A stretch of 63,665 nucleotides of DNA, the filler included, from Octopus bimaculoides (taxonomy: Eukaryota), in NCBI RefSeq assembly GCF_001194135.2. It is 5 parts of 5 records of this genome, joined end to end, with 100 filler letters (N's around TTAATTAATTAA, not from the genome) between each part and the next. Parts side by side here need not be neighbours in the genome. Positions count along the whole stretch, not along the records: positions 12,214 to 31,347 come from NC_069007.1; 4 more parts are not named here. One strand, written 5' to 3'. Shown here in pieces: positions 13,001 through 26,382 of this stretch (its first letter is position 1; the number at the start of each line of letters is the position of its first letter). The notes beneath the pieces are model-generated. The model saw only the letters and a list, made by a program, of their open reading frames with translations, was not told the origin of the DNA and did not search any database. Position numbers and translations under genes: made by a program.

Positions 13001-13806
13001 AGCTGTGAAATACTGGGGCAGATTTAATATTCGTATAAAACATACTAAATGTGAATAGAAGAGACTTTCATCCATCAGAGGTTGATAAAATAAAGCAGCA
13101 ATGAAATACTAAGGCAGATTTAATATTCCTATAAACCATCCTAGACGAGAATGGAATTACAGCAGTGAAATACTGGGATTAAATTTAATAACCATTCACA
13201 CATCCTAAATGTAAATAGAATTATAATAGAAGACTAGGACTAACTTTTATCAATCCCTGAACGGATTGATAAAATAAAATAGCTGTGAAATAAATAAATA
13301 AATGCGCCCTTTTAAAGCCTAGCTAGGCTCATGGGCCCAGTTTCCCGGTTTCAATGGTGTATATGTTCCCCAGCTGGACGGGACGCCGGTCCATCGTAGC
13401 GTTACTCATTTTTGCCAGCTGAGTGGACTGGAGCAATGTAAAATGAAGAGTTTTGCTCAAGAACACAACGCGTCGCCCGGTCCAGGAATCGAAACCACAA
13501 TCTTACGATCATGATGCTGACGCCCTAACCACTAAGCCACACGCCTCCACAGCTGTGAACTACTGGGTTAGATTTAATATTCCAATAAACCATTCTAGAC
13601 GTGAATGGAATCACAGCAGTGAAATACTGGGATAAATTTAATATCCATTCACACATCTTAAATGTAAATGGAATTATAATAGAAGACTAAGACTAACTTT
13701 GTCTTTCATCCTTCAGGGATTGATAAAATAAAATAGCTGTGAAATACTGAGGTAGATTTAAGATTCCTATAAACCATTCTAGACGTGAATGGAATTATAA
13801 GAGACT
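13001..13806. repeat. Tandem array of ~62/120-bp units upstream of ABITRAM, interrupted by a SINE
   Basis: AGC(T/A)GTGAAATACTG-type starts at 13001, 13099, 13161, 13281/13551, 13616 and 13735. Confidence 0.8.
13290..13550 (-). mobile_element. SINE family F, full length, with 9-bp TSD AGCTGTGAA
   Basis: TSD at 13281-13289 and 13551-13559; (ATTT)n tail; tRNA-like head. Confidence 0.85.
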
Positions 13807-13853
13807 AAGCCGAGAGTTAGCCATCCAGAATTATCTCCCCTAACCTTTCAATA

Positions 13854-13977
13854 ATGGCGTGTCCCACTCCTGAAGCAAACAACGAAGAAGACAATGGTTA
13901 TGGCCATCCGCTTCTACACGAGATGCAGCAACACCCCAGTGTTGTAGAACGGTATTACAAACCTAAATACTGCATAA
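13854..13977 (+). CDS. ABITRAM: ABITRAM exon 1 (MACPTPEANNEEDNGYGHPLLHEMQQHPSVVERYYKPKYCI, phase 1)
   Basis: aataATGGCG start; donor A|gtaagt at 13978; the PSVVERYY motif matches PSLVDRYF. Confidence 0.9.
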
Positions 13978-16900
13978 GTAAGTATTTTCTGTCTTTTCTA
14001 TTTCGTCCTTTGTAACAGATCACTGTAAATCTCTCACATTAATTTCCGGAATCCGTTCGAATTAATTATTGATATTAATAATTAAATATCGTTAATTGGG
14101 GTTAAATAATGTTGTTTCTTACCGACAGAGATATTAATTAGTATCATTGTTTCCTGTCAGAATTGTTAGACCATCGAACTCAATGTCTTACGATAATTTC
14201 AGTCTCTTTACGTCCTGAGTTCAAATCCCGCTGACCCAAACTCTGTCTTTCATCCTTTCAGGGGTCGATAATATAAAGTCCCAGACAAATCAATTTATTT
14301 GTCTCTTTCCTGGAATATCTGACTTTTGGAATATCTGACACAAATGAAATAGAATTTCTTTTTTTTTTTTTTTCTACTCCCGGTAATTTTCGTCATTTAT
14401 TAATGTTGTTGTTGGCACTCCGTCGCTTACGACGTCGAGGGTTCCAGTTGATCCGATCAACGGAACAGCCTGCTGCTCGTGAAATTAACGTGCAAGTGGC
14501 CGAGCACTCCACAGGCACGTGTACCCTTAACGTAGTTCTCGGGGATATTCAGCGTGACAAGGCTGACCCTTTGAATTACAGGCACAACAGAAACAGGAAG
14601 AAAGAGTGAGAGAAAGTTGTGGTGAAAGAGTACAGCAGGGTTCGCCACCATCCCCTGCCGGAGCCTCGTGGAGTTTTAGGTGTTTTCGCTCAATAAACAC
14701 TCACAACGCCCGGTCTGGGAATCGAAACCGGACATGGTTTCTGGTACTACTAAAGCAGCACGGTCCCGAACGCGCAGTCGCGCGTCCGTGCTAGCTAGTC
14801 GTGAGTGGTCGATCCTAGCCCTGTCCCTAACCCTAACCCAAAACACGTATTCATTTGCACATGCGGGTTAGGGTTAGGGTTAGGGACAAGGTCAGGGCTA
14901 GGATCGACCACTCACGACTAGCTAGAGCGCTCGGGACCGTGCTGCATTAATAGTCCCATGGTTTCTATGGCTGGATGCCTTGCCCAACGCTCCTAACGTC
15001 ATTTTTAGTGTTAGTTTTTTTTTGTTCTTTTTTTCATTGCCCTTTACTTGTTCCCAGTTAGTATATAATATCCACTCATTAAATAGACTAACTTAGTCAT
15101 TGTGAAAGACCAATGTGACTAGGACCCAGGCCAGACATTCCTGCCCTAACCACTGGGCCATTGCGCCTCCACTCATTTATTAATACCCAACATTATAAAA
15201 CACATGGAATTTGCATGAAAACAAAACAAAAAAAAAAAAGAATCGTGTCTTGCAGACTTCTTACTCTTTCCGCGCCTTTTAGTTCCGGTTCTTTACGTTG
15301 TGTGTTCAAATCTTGCCGAAGTCAACTTTGTCTTTCATCCCTTCGGGATCAATATACAGAAGTAAAGAATACGCACACCACCTGTTTTCGGCCAAACCCT
15401 TAACTCCTAACCACCGGGTGTGTGTTGAAATTTCTGACCTTGTATCTAAATTCTTCTTCTTGGGTTGATTTTGCCATTCATCCTTTCAGGTTTTATAAAT
15501 GAAGTACCAAGATGCTTTTCATCTTTTCGGGGTTGATAAATTAAGTACCCTAAATTTCTACCTTAGTAGAAGGCATTATTATTATTATTATTATTGTTGT
15601 TGTTGTTAAGGCCTGTGCTGGCAGAATTGTTAATACGCCGGGTGAAATGCTTAGTGGCATTCCATCTATCTTGCACGTTCTGAGTTCAAATTCTGTTGAG
15701 GTTGACTTCGCCTTTTGTCCTTTTGGCTTTGATAAAATAAATACCAGTTGTGTACTGGGGTTGATGTAATTGCCTAATCCACTGCCCTGAAATTGCAGGC
15801 TTTGTTCCAAAATTTGAAATGAATATTTCTCAAATAAAAACAATTTATTTATAACATAATTAATGTCCCACCCTTATTAAAACTAATTCAATTATCTACA
15901 AGAAAGACTATTAATTCAGCTTAAATTCTACATTCACCTGAATAATCTCAGGTGGTCTTAGGATGTTTGCTGTTTTGCCACAACAGCAGATGTGGGCCTC
16001 ACCTGAACTTGATCCTCTCTATAACTTTCATCACCTGATCCAACAATTTGATACCTCTGTAATTATTTCTATCTAAGACATCACCTCTACCTTCATGAAC
16101 CATCTGATTTACAATATGAATGCCTAGACCATAACCCATTCCACCAGATATTTTAAGCATCTCAGCAGTTTTTCCTGATGGGCCGGGGGCTCTCCCTTTC
16201 TTCATATCCTTAATTGCTTTATTTACCAAGGTACTGTCAATTCGGGTAGCTTGTCCCTCAATTGAGTCCACATTTGGCAGACTTTCCTCCTCCCATCTCT
16301 TCTCCATGTTCAGCAGTCTTTTTTAATGGTATTTTCATAGGAATAGGAGGAGCACTCCACAAATCCAAAGCATGTATACGGGGCTGGCCCTAAGGTTGCT
16401 GGCACCCCAGGCAAGCTGAACTTCGGCGTGTACAAGCTAACGGTTATGTTAATTTCCTTGTCTTTGTCATGCCCTCCTTGCAGCCCCCTACTACATGGCA
16501 CCCTGGGTGACTGCCCAAGTTGCCAGTACCTTGAGCTGGCCCTGCATGTATGTAAAAGAGATGTGTTATATTTCTTGTACAGTGAATAACAATAGTTTGA
16601 ATGAAAGAACAGAGGAGTAAAATTTATGTAAGATTCAATGAACGAACATCATTTATCTCATATTACATAAGTGTTATGTAATGTTACATAATAAATCTAA
16701 AGCCATGCTATATGTTATATAAGGAATCACTTAATCAGGCCATCTTATTTTTGACCCATGTGTGTGTGTGTGTCTGTTTGTGGTGCGTACCCCCGCCTTG
16801 ACATCATGTGATGGTTTAACCCTTTCACATTATTATTCTACAAAAAAGTAATACCTTTTTATTCACATTGTTTTGAATTAATCAGGAATTAATCTTGTAG

Positions 16901-18776
16901 CTTTGAGATTTTCATAACGTAAGTATTGATTTTTAGAATGACATTGTAGGGTTGGTGTGAGAGGTCAGATCTGGCCAGTTTGAACATAAAATGATTAGAA
17001 TATTTTGGCCAGATATGGCTGGTTTAAATGCTAAGGGGTTAAAAGAGCATTACCATCATCCAAGTCTCCCAAGAAAAACCATGTCCAGTCCTGAGGAAAT
17101 ATTATCCTCTGTGGAAACAGGTGAGGGTTGGTGGCAGGAAGGGCATCCAGCTGGAAAAATCTGCTTCAGTGAATTTTGTCTGACCCATGCAAGCATGGAA
17201 AAGTGGATGTTAAATGATGATGGTAAAGCTGTTAATCTTCTGTAATAAGCAAGGCTGTTAATGTTATGTAACATATTGTAGACCCAGGCACGACTGTGTT
17301 GTAAGACGGTTGCTTCTCAACCACATGGTTCCGGGTTCAGTCCCACTGCGTAGCACCTTGGGCAGGAAGTCTTCTATTATAGCCTCAGGTTGACCAAAGC
17401 CTTTTGATTGGATTTGATAGATGGAAACTGAAAGAAGCCTGTCGTATGTATGTTGTTTATGTTATGTGTGTATGAGAGGGTGCTAAAATGTGCCTGGCTT
17501 TGGGTAAGAGAAAATACAGGAGTGTGTGTGCATACTTGTTTCTGTGTTTGTCCTCCACTACTAGACAACTGATGTTGGTGTGTTTACATCCCTGTGACTT
17601 AGCAGTTCAGCAAAAGACACAGATAGAATAAGTGCCAGGCTTTGGTAAAACAAAAACAAAAGAAATAAATAACAAACATAGTACTGAAGTTGTTATTTGA
17701 CTAAAATTCTCCAAGGTGGTGCCCCAGCATGGCCACAGTCTAATGATTGAAACGAGTAAAAGCATAAAAGAAGATATTGTAATTAAATATTTTATAGGGA
17801 AAATTAGGATGGGGGGGGGGCAGAGATGCGAAGAAATAGTTAAGGGTCAGTTTTTGTGGTCCCTTTCTTAGTTTGTTCTAAATATTTAGAAAGGGTTGGG
17901 GGTGAGGGCAGAAACCTCAACCTGGTGTTGTTATTTGACCCCACGTCAGTGCTGACTGAGTGGGCTTATGGCTAAAGACAATACAGCCGTGACTACCCTG
18001 CCGTTTTTCTTCTAGACATAGAATATCCCAGACTGTGTCCTTCATTCTTTAATAAAACGGCTGGGGTGTGTTTGCAATGTAGTTTTAGCTTCTATTTTCA
18101 GCAGGTTCAATGACCACTTTCATGTACTAGTAGAGTTGTTGTTTAGCTATAGGTTATTTCGAATCCAACTGTGACCATCCTGTCATTTCATCCTTTTGTA
18201 TATTCATGCCTATATTTTCCAATGTTGTTCTCTTTTCAAATCAGTCAAGTGAGAATTCAGCCAGTTGTGGCTGCTATTTCTAGCAAGTCAATCGATTAGA
18301 CAGGGCTCCGCGCTGTGAGCGTGTTCTTCCACATGTATTCGATGTAAGGGAAGTAATTCGATAATGACTAATGCTGCTAACTACCAGTAAACGTCTTCGA
18401 TTACCTCCCATGTACTATCTCCTCTCTCTCTCTCTCAGTTCCAAAGATCGTGGAAGTTTGAAATATTTCGCGTGATTAGGGCGGGGGGCTGGCAGAATCG
18501 TTACCACGCCGGACGAAATGCTTAGCGGTATTTCGTCTGTCTTCACATTCTGTGTTCAAATGCCACCACGGTTGACTTTGGCTTTTTTTTTCTTTCGGGG
18601 TCGATAAAATAAGTACCACTTGCGCATTGGAGGGGACATAATCAACTTTTCTCCTCCCCCCGAAATTGCTGGCCTTGTGCCAAAATTTGAAACCAATATT
18701 TTGTGCGATTACAGGTATTTTGGGAGATAAGGACCTTTTGTCTAACGTCCCTTAAACCCAGGTTTTATATAATGGG

Positions 18777-18817
<41 letters not shown>

Positions 18818-18835
18818 CATATATGTATATATATG

Positions 18836-18875
<40 letters not shown>

Positions 18876-21385
18876 AATCTGGTAATTAATCATATATTAA
18901 TTAATATCGATTAATTATCAGGAGGCCAGCACATCTAATGAATCAAAGAGATTCAGAAGAAATAGTATCTGCAATCTCAGGGGATTAAGGTACATTTTTA
19001 AAAAATAACATTGACCACTAACNNNNNNNNNNNNNNNNNNNNNNNNNNNNNNNNNNNNNNNNNNNNNNNNNNNNNNNNNNNNNNNNNNNNNNNNNNNNNN
19101 NNNNNNNNNNNNNNNNNNNNNNNNNNNNNNNNNNNNNNNNNNNNNNNNNNNNNNNNNNNNNNNNNNNNNNNNNNNNNNNNNNNNNNNNNNNNNNNNNNNN
19201 NNNNNNNNNNNNNNNNNNNNNNNNNNNNNNNNNNNNNNNNNNNNNNNNNNNNNNNNNNNNNNNNNNNNNNNNNNNNNNNNNNNNNNNNNNNNNNNNNNNN
19301 NNNNNNNNNNNNNNNNNNNNNNNNNNNNNNNNNNNNNNNNNNNNNNNNNNNNNNNNNNNNNNNNNNNNNNNNNNNNNNNNNNNNNNNNNNNNNNNNNNNN
19401 NNNNNNNNNNNNNNNNNNNNNNNNNNNNNNNNNNNNNNNNNNNNNNNNNNNNNNNNNNNNNNNNNNNNNNNNNNNNNNNNNNNNNNNNNNNNNNNNNNNN
19501 NNNNNNNNNNNNNNNNNNNNNNNNNNNNNNNNNNNNNNNNNNNNNNNNNNNNNNNNNNNNNNNNNNNNNNNNNNNNNNNNNNNGGTGGGCGGGTGGTGGA
19601 GTTGAGAAAGAGATGATGATACCCTCAGAGCAGAGACCTGACCAGAACACATATACAACAGGGTAGACTCCATTAAGGGTACCCAGGGTACTACATAGCT
19701 GTGATTTTAAACAGGGTGATGGTGTTTTAAAGTCTACAATTCATGTAGGCCGTAGTGGGATTTGAACTCAGAATGCTTGCTTTCCCGCCATATCTTACTT
19801 CCCCCACTATACCCTCTTTCAAACCTACACCCACTCGTCATCTCTCTTAGCCCCTCTGTCCCAACACATATGCCCCGAAGAGTCACCTTGACGCGCAGCT
19901 GCTCCTGGTCATTCTCGCTATCTCTTCTTTATGGAAAGGTAAAGGGTAACGACACCCTTTGGTCATGAATGACCATGGGATTGCACCTAGAAAGTTCCCC
20001 TCTGAGGCACAAGTCTGGGCAAGGTTGCTTTTATGGAAGATCAGCAGTCGCCCATGCATACCAGCCTCCCCTCTCCATGCCACCAGTATTATTCAAGGGA
20101 AAGGCAAAGGCCGATACAGCTTGGCACCAGAGACATCGCAGATCATTTCTACAGCTGAGTGATCTGGAGCAACGTAAACTAAAGTGTTTTGCTCAAGAAC
20201 GCCACACAACTAGGTCTGGGAATCAAACTCACTACCTCATGATTGTGAGCCTGATGTTCTAACCACTGAGCCATGTGCCTCCACCAATGTAAGAGCTTAC
20301 TTAATGTAAGCTCCTCTGCAACAACAACCTGCTTGTCCTTCCCTCCCACCTTCTCTTTCATATTTTAACCCCTCATCTCTTTGCATGCCCCCTGTCTTTG
20401 GTTTCTATAGTCTTGTGACCTCACATGGTTACCTCACTAGAGACGGTGACATGAAGAAAGCATTTGGTACACTTTGTAAAAATGGTTGGCATTAAGAAGA
20501 GCATCCAACTGTAGAAACCATACCAAAGCGGGCAGTGGAGGGAGCACAATGCAATTCTTGAATCTGTCAGATCCTGTGAATCTGTTGAACCCATGGCAGT
20601 AAGGAACATGGAAGTTAAATGATGCTGACAATGATGATGACTGCTAAGCGCCAGGACAAAGACCGTGAAGCAAGCAACTGGTCTGGTGCTTCTACAGATC
20701 TGCCAGTCTACTGGTCTGAATTGGTTCTTTTTTTTTCTTTTATTGACCCGGGAGGGATGTGAAGCAAAGTTGACCTTGGTAGGACTTGAACTCAGAAAGT
20801 AGAGAGCTGGACCAAATACCGATGCTCTAATGACTTCACCCCCAATCCATTACAGAACTTCGCATTATGGAAACAGAAGAAGAAGAAAAAGAAGAATTTG
20901 AGGAAGAATAAATATGTGGAAAGATTGCTCGGTGGGGAGGGGTAGAACATAGGTTTTTCAATGGTACCACCAACAGCACTACTGCCACTACTACTACTGT
21001 TGCTACTACTACCAACACCATCAGTAATTATGACAGTAGCTGGAAACTGGTGGTGGTGGTGGTGGTGGTGGTGGTGGTGTTGATGTCTGTGTATGTTAGA
21101 TGCGGCAAATTTATTAATATACTCCATGGCTGTGAACCAGCAAGTGGCGTATTTCAGTTTGTTGGAGCCAAGAGGAAGAGAGAGAGAGAAGTGATGGCGT
21201 CGATGGTGGCGGTGGCGGTGGCGGCGGCGGCGGCGGTGATGAAGACAAAGATAATAGCTTGATTACTTCACTACCTGCTATGCCAGCTATTTAGTTCACT
21301 TTTGATTGGCATTCACCCTTTTTACACCTGCATCACAGATACCTGTAAATAGCTGTGGGTCGGCTCTCTCTCTTTCTCTCTCTCA

Positions 21386-21421
<36 letters not shown>

Positions 21422-22094
21422 CACACACCTTTCAGCCTCTCTCTCTCTCTCTCTCTCTTTCTTTTTTCCTCTTTATCTCTGATGTTTACACACAGTCTCT
21501 CTCTCTCTCTTTCTCCCTCTCTCTTGTGTGCTTATGTACACTCTCCCACTATCTCTCATATACCCTTCACACTCTCTCTTCCTCTCTCTCTTCTTTCCTC
21601 CTCCTCTCTTTTCCATTCTCTCCCTCTCCCTCTCTCTGCCTCTCTCTCTCTCTCTCTTTCTCCACATGCCGGCTGATAATGTCTGCCTTCTCAACCAATT
21701 TTGGTAACGTCACTTGTGCACAGCTGATTATGTCATACAGACACACACACACACACAGAGGCATGCACACACATAAAGGCGGTGAGCTGGCAGAAACGTT
21801 AGCACGCCGGGCGAAATGCTTAGCGGTATTTCGTCTGAGTTCAAATTCCGCCGAGGTCGACTTTGCCTTTCATCCTTTCGGGGTCGATTAAATAAGTACC
21901 AGTTACGCACTGGGGTCGATGTAATCGACTTAATCCGTTTGTCTGTCCTTGCTTGTCCCTTCTGTGTGTAGCCCCTTGTGGGCAGTAAAGAAATAACACA
22001 CATATACATACACACGCATACGCACATGTACATTTTTTCATACATAAATACATGTTGATTCACATGTATATGCATACAATGCATGAATATATAT

Positions 22095-22165
<71 letters not shown>

Positions 22166-24210
22166 CACACACGCACACACACACACTTCTAACAGTTAAC
22201 AATGACATCAAAGAAACTAATGACAATGTGTGTGTGTGTATTAATTTCTTGGTGTGTTTTTAAGCATTTTTGTTGCTTATACATATGTGTGTGTGTGTGT
22301 GTGTGTGTGTTATAAAGCTTTGTATTTATTAGTGCGTCTGTACATGTGTATTTGTGTGTGTACACAAGCTTAGCTGAGTAGTTAAAGGAGTTTACTTTGC
22401 AATCAAGGTGTTCTGGGTTCAATCTGTAGCCAAGGATATTGGTTGTGTCCTCAACTGAGTCTTGAGTTCCCTCAAGCCTTGGGTTCACTCAAGCCTTGGG
22501 TTCACTCGAGCCTTGGATTCACTTGAGCTTTGGGTTCACTCGAGCCTTGGATTCACTTGAGCTTTGGGTTCACTCAAACTCAGGGTTAACTTGAGTCTTG
22601 GGTTCACTCCAACTTTGGGTTCACTCAAGTTCATTCATTTCCTTAAGCCTTGGATTCACTTGAACTTTGGGTTCACTTAAGCCTTGAGTTAACTCAAGCC
22701 TTGGATTCATTCGAACTTTGGATTCACTCAAATCTTGGGTTCACTTGAGCCTTGGGTTCACTTGAGCCTTGGGTTTACTCGAGCCTTGGGTTTACTCAGA
22801 CCTTTATTCCTGCAACTTTTTTTTTTTCTTTCAAGCTTTGAGTTCACTCAAGCCATCTTATGTGTCAGTTAAGGTCTCCAAAAATCTTTTGAAATCCCAT
22901 GTAAAAGGGGTTATCCATGTGATAGGAAAGGGCAGCCCCATTACACACTATATCCTGCTGGTTCTACTTGGGGATTACATTAAGGGTCCACTCGTCTGTG
23001 GAATAATCAACAGCTTATTTCATATTACAATGGGCGACCAAGATCAGACCAGAACATGAGAAAATACGAAGACGTCAAATTGATAAACAACAACAGCAAC
23101 AACAACATATTCTCAGAGAAAATGCGTCAGTTCTTCATGGGAATGCCTCCAAGAAATTGGTTGGCTGACAAAACCATTTTAGTTCCATCACAGCCATGGA
23201 GGGGACTGCAAATGTGTGGAGGAGAAATTTGGCTGCCATTGCCATGTAGGTGGAATTTAATAGATGGAAACTGTTTAGAAGCTTAGCAGATGTGTGTGTG
23301 TGTGTGTGTGTGTGTATGAATATATGTATGTATTCATGTATGTATGTGTATATGTATGTATGTATGCATGTACATATGTGTATTTGTATGTATGTGTGTA
23401 TGTATGTATGTATGTGTGTGTGTCTCTTCTATTTTTTAATTATTAAAAATCGTCCGCTGAGGTGGGAGCCAGTTCCCAACCAAGATACAAGGCTCCATCT
23501 TTGGGATGTAGTTAACACAGACAAATTCACATTTGGAACTTGAGAAAAGTCTTGCATATTTTTACTGTTCCACTCACAGATTGCACTTGTAACGTATGAA
23601 TTAACCGGTCGATTTCTTTTTCTGAAAATCCCAGTGTATCCAGATTCTCCTTTAAGCCTAACAAAACCTAATGCTCCAATTATTATTGGTATGAATAGGA
23701 ATTCATAGTCTGGATATTATAGCAAAAGAAGTTACGGAAAACAGAAAAAGAACTTATGGAAAACAGAAAAAGAAGTTACGGAAAACAGAAAAAGAAGTTA
23801 CGGAAAACAGAAAAAGAAGTTACGGAAAACAGAAAAAGAAGTTACGGAAAACAGAAAAAGAAGTTACGGAAAACAGAAAAAGAAGTTACGGAAAACAGAA
23901 AAAGAACTTACGGAAAACAGAAAAAGAAGTTACGAAAAACAGAAAAAGAACTTACAGAAAACAGAACTTATGGCAAACAGAAAAAACACACATACAACTA
24001 ATGCAGACATACTTGACCGCTCATCATCAGTTGTTAATTAAATATCAGCACAGTTTTGAGACCTTCGCTAATTCTAGATGTTTGATATTTACAGATGTTT
24101 TCCAGCACAAGAATGAAGACCAGTGTGTTCTGATACACTCAAATAGGTGTGTATCTCTCTTTTATATCACCTCCTCTCTCTCTCTCTCTCTCCCTCTGCG
24201 TGCACTTCTT

Positions 24211-24246
<36 letters not shown>

Positions 24247-26330
24247 CTAGTATATATTTATATATTGATAAACTGTGTGTGTTGACAAAAGAGATAGGCT
24301 TCAGTAACATTGAAAATAGAAAACAGAAATCCACTCACAGGGCTTTGGTTGACTTGAGGCTATAATAGAAGACACTTGCCCAAGATATCATGGAGTGGGA
24401 CTGAACCTGGAACTGCGTGGTTAGGAAGCAAGCTTCTTATTACACAGCCACTCCTGCGCCCATGAATATGTATATATGTCTTCAAATATGAATTAAAAGC
24501 AGTACTAGTGTTGCAAACATTATTCAACGCACATACACAGTGTATGTAGTTTGCTTGTTTGCCAGTAGGCTGTGAATTGATGCGGTAGAGACGACTCCTT
24601 CAAAGAATTGGGTGTTAAAACACCTGAAGTCTCGCCTGTTTACGACTTCAAAGCGCCAGGTGTGATCACAGAGCTACATGAAATGAAGTGTTTTACTCAA
24701 GAACATAATGCACTGCCCAGTTCATGAATTGAAACCCTAACCCTAATCACTAGGCCACACACATCTACACTCACACATACTCATCACTCACCATCTCTCT
24801 CACTCATTCACTCTTCCACCGTCTCTCTCTTTCTCATGCTCTCTCTCACTCACACTCACACTCTCTCTCTTTCTCTTTACAGAGTCTGTCTCGTAACGGT
24901 GGCACAGAGCCACCCATTATTCACCGAGAACCACAAAGTTGTTAACATCAGTTTCCAAGTCTCCGCTTGTCTAAATCGAATGAACAACAAAGTCTCAGGC
25001 AAAAGCAAACGGGTGAGTTTCACTTTCTGCTCTTCGTTTCAGCCTAAGCTACAGTTTCTGAGTTCAATCTCTGTCATCTGCACTACACTGCATTACACAT
25101 TGCTGTGGGTGCACATAGATACCTTTTTAATACGTGTGTTTGTGTGTAGATATATATACATGTATGTAAGTATANNNNNNNNNNNNNNNNNNNNNNNNNN
25201 NNNNNNNNNNNNNNNNNNNNNNNNNNNNNNNNNNNNNNNNNNNNNNNNNNNNNNNNNNNNNNNNNNNNNNNNNNNNNNNNNNNNNNNNNNNNNNNNNNNN
25301 NNNNNNNNNNNNNNNNNNNNNNNNNNNNNNNNNNNNNNNNNNNNNNNNNNNNNNNNNNNNNNNNNNNNNNNNNNNNNNNNNNNNNNNNNNNNNNNNNNNN
25401 NNNNNNNNNNNNNNNNNNNNNNNNNNNNNNNNNNNNNNNNNNNNNNNNNNNNNNNNNNNNNNNNNNNNNNNNNNNNNNNNNNNNNNNNNNNNNNNNNNNN
25501 NNNNNNNNNNNNNNNNNNNNNNNNNNNNNNNNNNNNNNNNNNNNNNNNNNNNNNNNNNNNNNNNNNNNNNNNNNNNNNNNNNNNNNNNNNNNNNNNNNNN
25601 NNNNNNNNNNNNNNNNNNNNNNNNNNNNNNNNNNNNNNNNNNNNNNNNNNNNNNNNNNNNNNNNNNNNNNNNNNNNNNNNNNNNNNNNNNNNNNNNNNNN
25701 NNNNNNNNNNNNNNNNNNNNNNNNNNNNNNNNNNNNNNNNNNNNNNNNNNNNNNNNNNNNNNNNNNNNNNNNNNNNNNNNNNNNNNNNNNNNNNNNNNNN
25801 NNNNNNNNNNNNNNNNNNNNNNNNNNNNNNNNNNNNNNNNNNNNNNNNNNNNNNNNNNNNNNNNNNNNNNNNNNNNNNNNNNNNNNNNNNNNNNNNNNNN
25901 NNNGCGGGTGGCACATGAGATGCACCATTTTGAGCGTGGCCGTTGCCAGTACCGCCTGACTGGCTCCTGTAGGATTTTCGAGCGAGATCGTTGCCAGTGC
26001 CCCTGGACTGGCTTGTGCGGGTGGCACATAAAAGACACCATTTCGAGCGTGGCCGTTTTCGTGCGGGTGACACGTAAAAGCACCCACTACACTCTCTGAG
26101 TGGTTGGCGTTAGGAAGGGCATCCAGCTGTAGAAACTCTGCCAAATCAGACTGGAGCCTGGTGTTGCCATCCGGTTTCACCAGTCCTCAGTCAAATCGTC
26201 CAACCCATGCTGGCATGGAAGGCGGACGTTAAACGATGATGATGTATACATATGCATGTACATATATGTGTATATATGTGTCTGTATATGTATGTATGTA
26301 TATATGTATGCATATATATGTAAGTGTATC

Positions 26331-26382
<52 letters not shown>

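Noticed and set aside
14825-14885. Interstitial telomere or chromosome-fusion scar
   Set aside because: There are only 2-3 units per side, and they sit inside a TSD-flanked transposon.
20792-21262. Poly-His/Ser/Ala ORFs resembling a transcription factor
   Set aside because: A patchwork of trinucleotide repeats in ABITRAM intron 1, with no domain.
22455-23986. CRISPR-like appearance of the 17-bp and 22-bp arrays
   Set aside because: The units are contiguous with no unique spacers, there are no cas genes, and the context is eukaryotic.
23756-24001. Lys/Glu-rich 81-aa ORF
   Set aside because: It is the reading of the 22-bp minisatellite inside ABITRAM intron 1.
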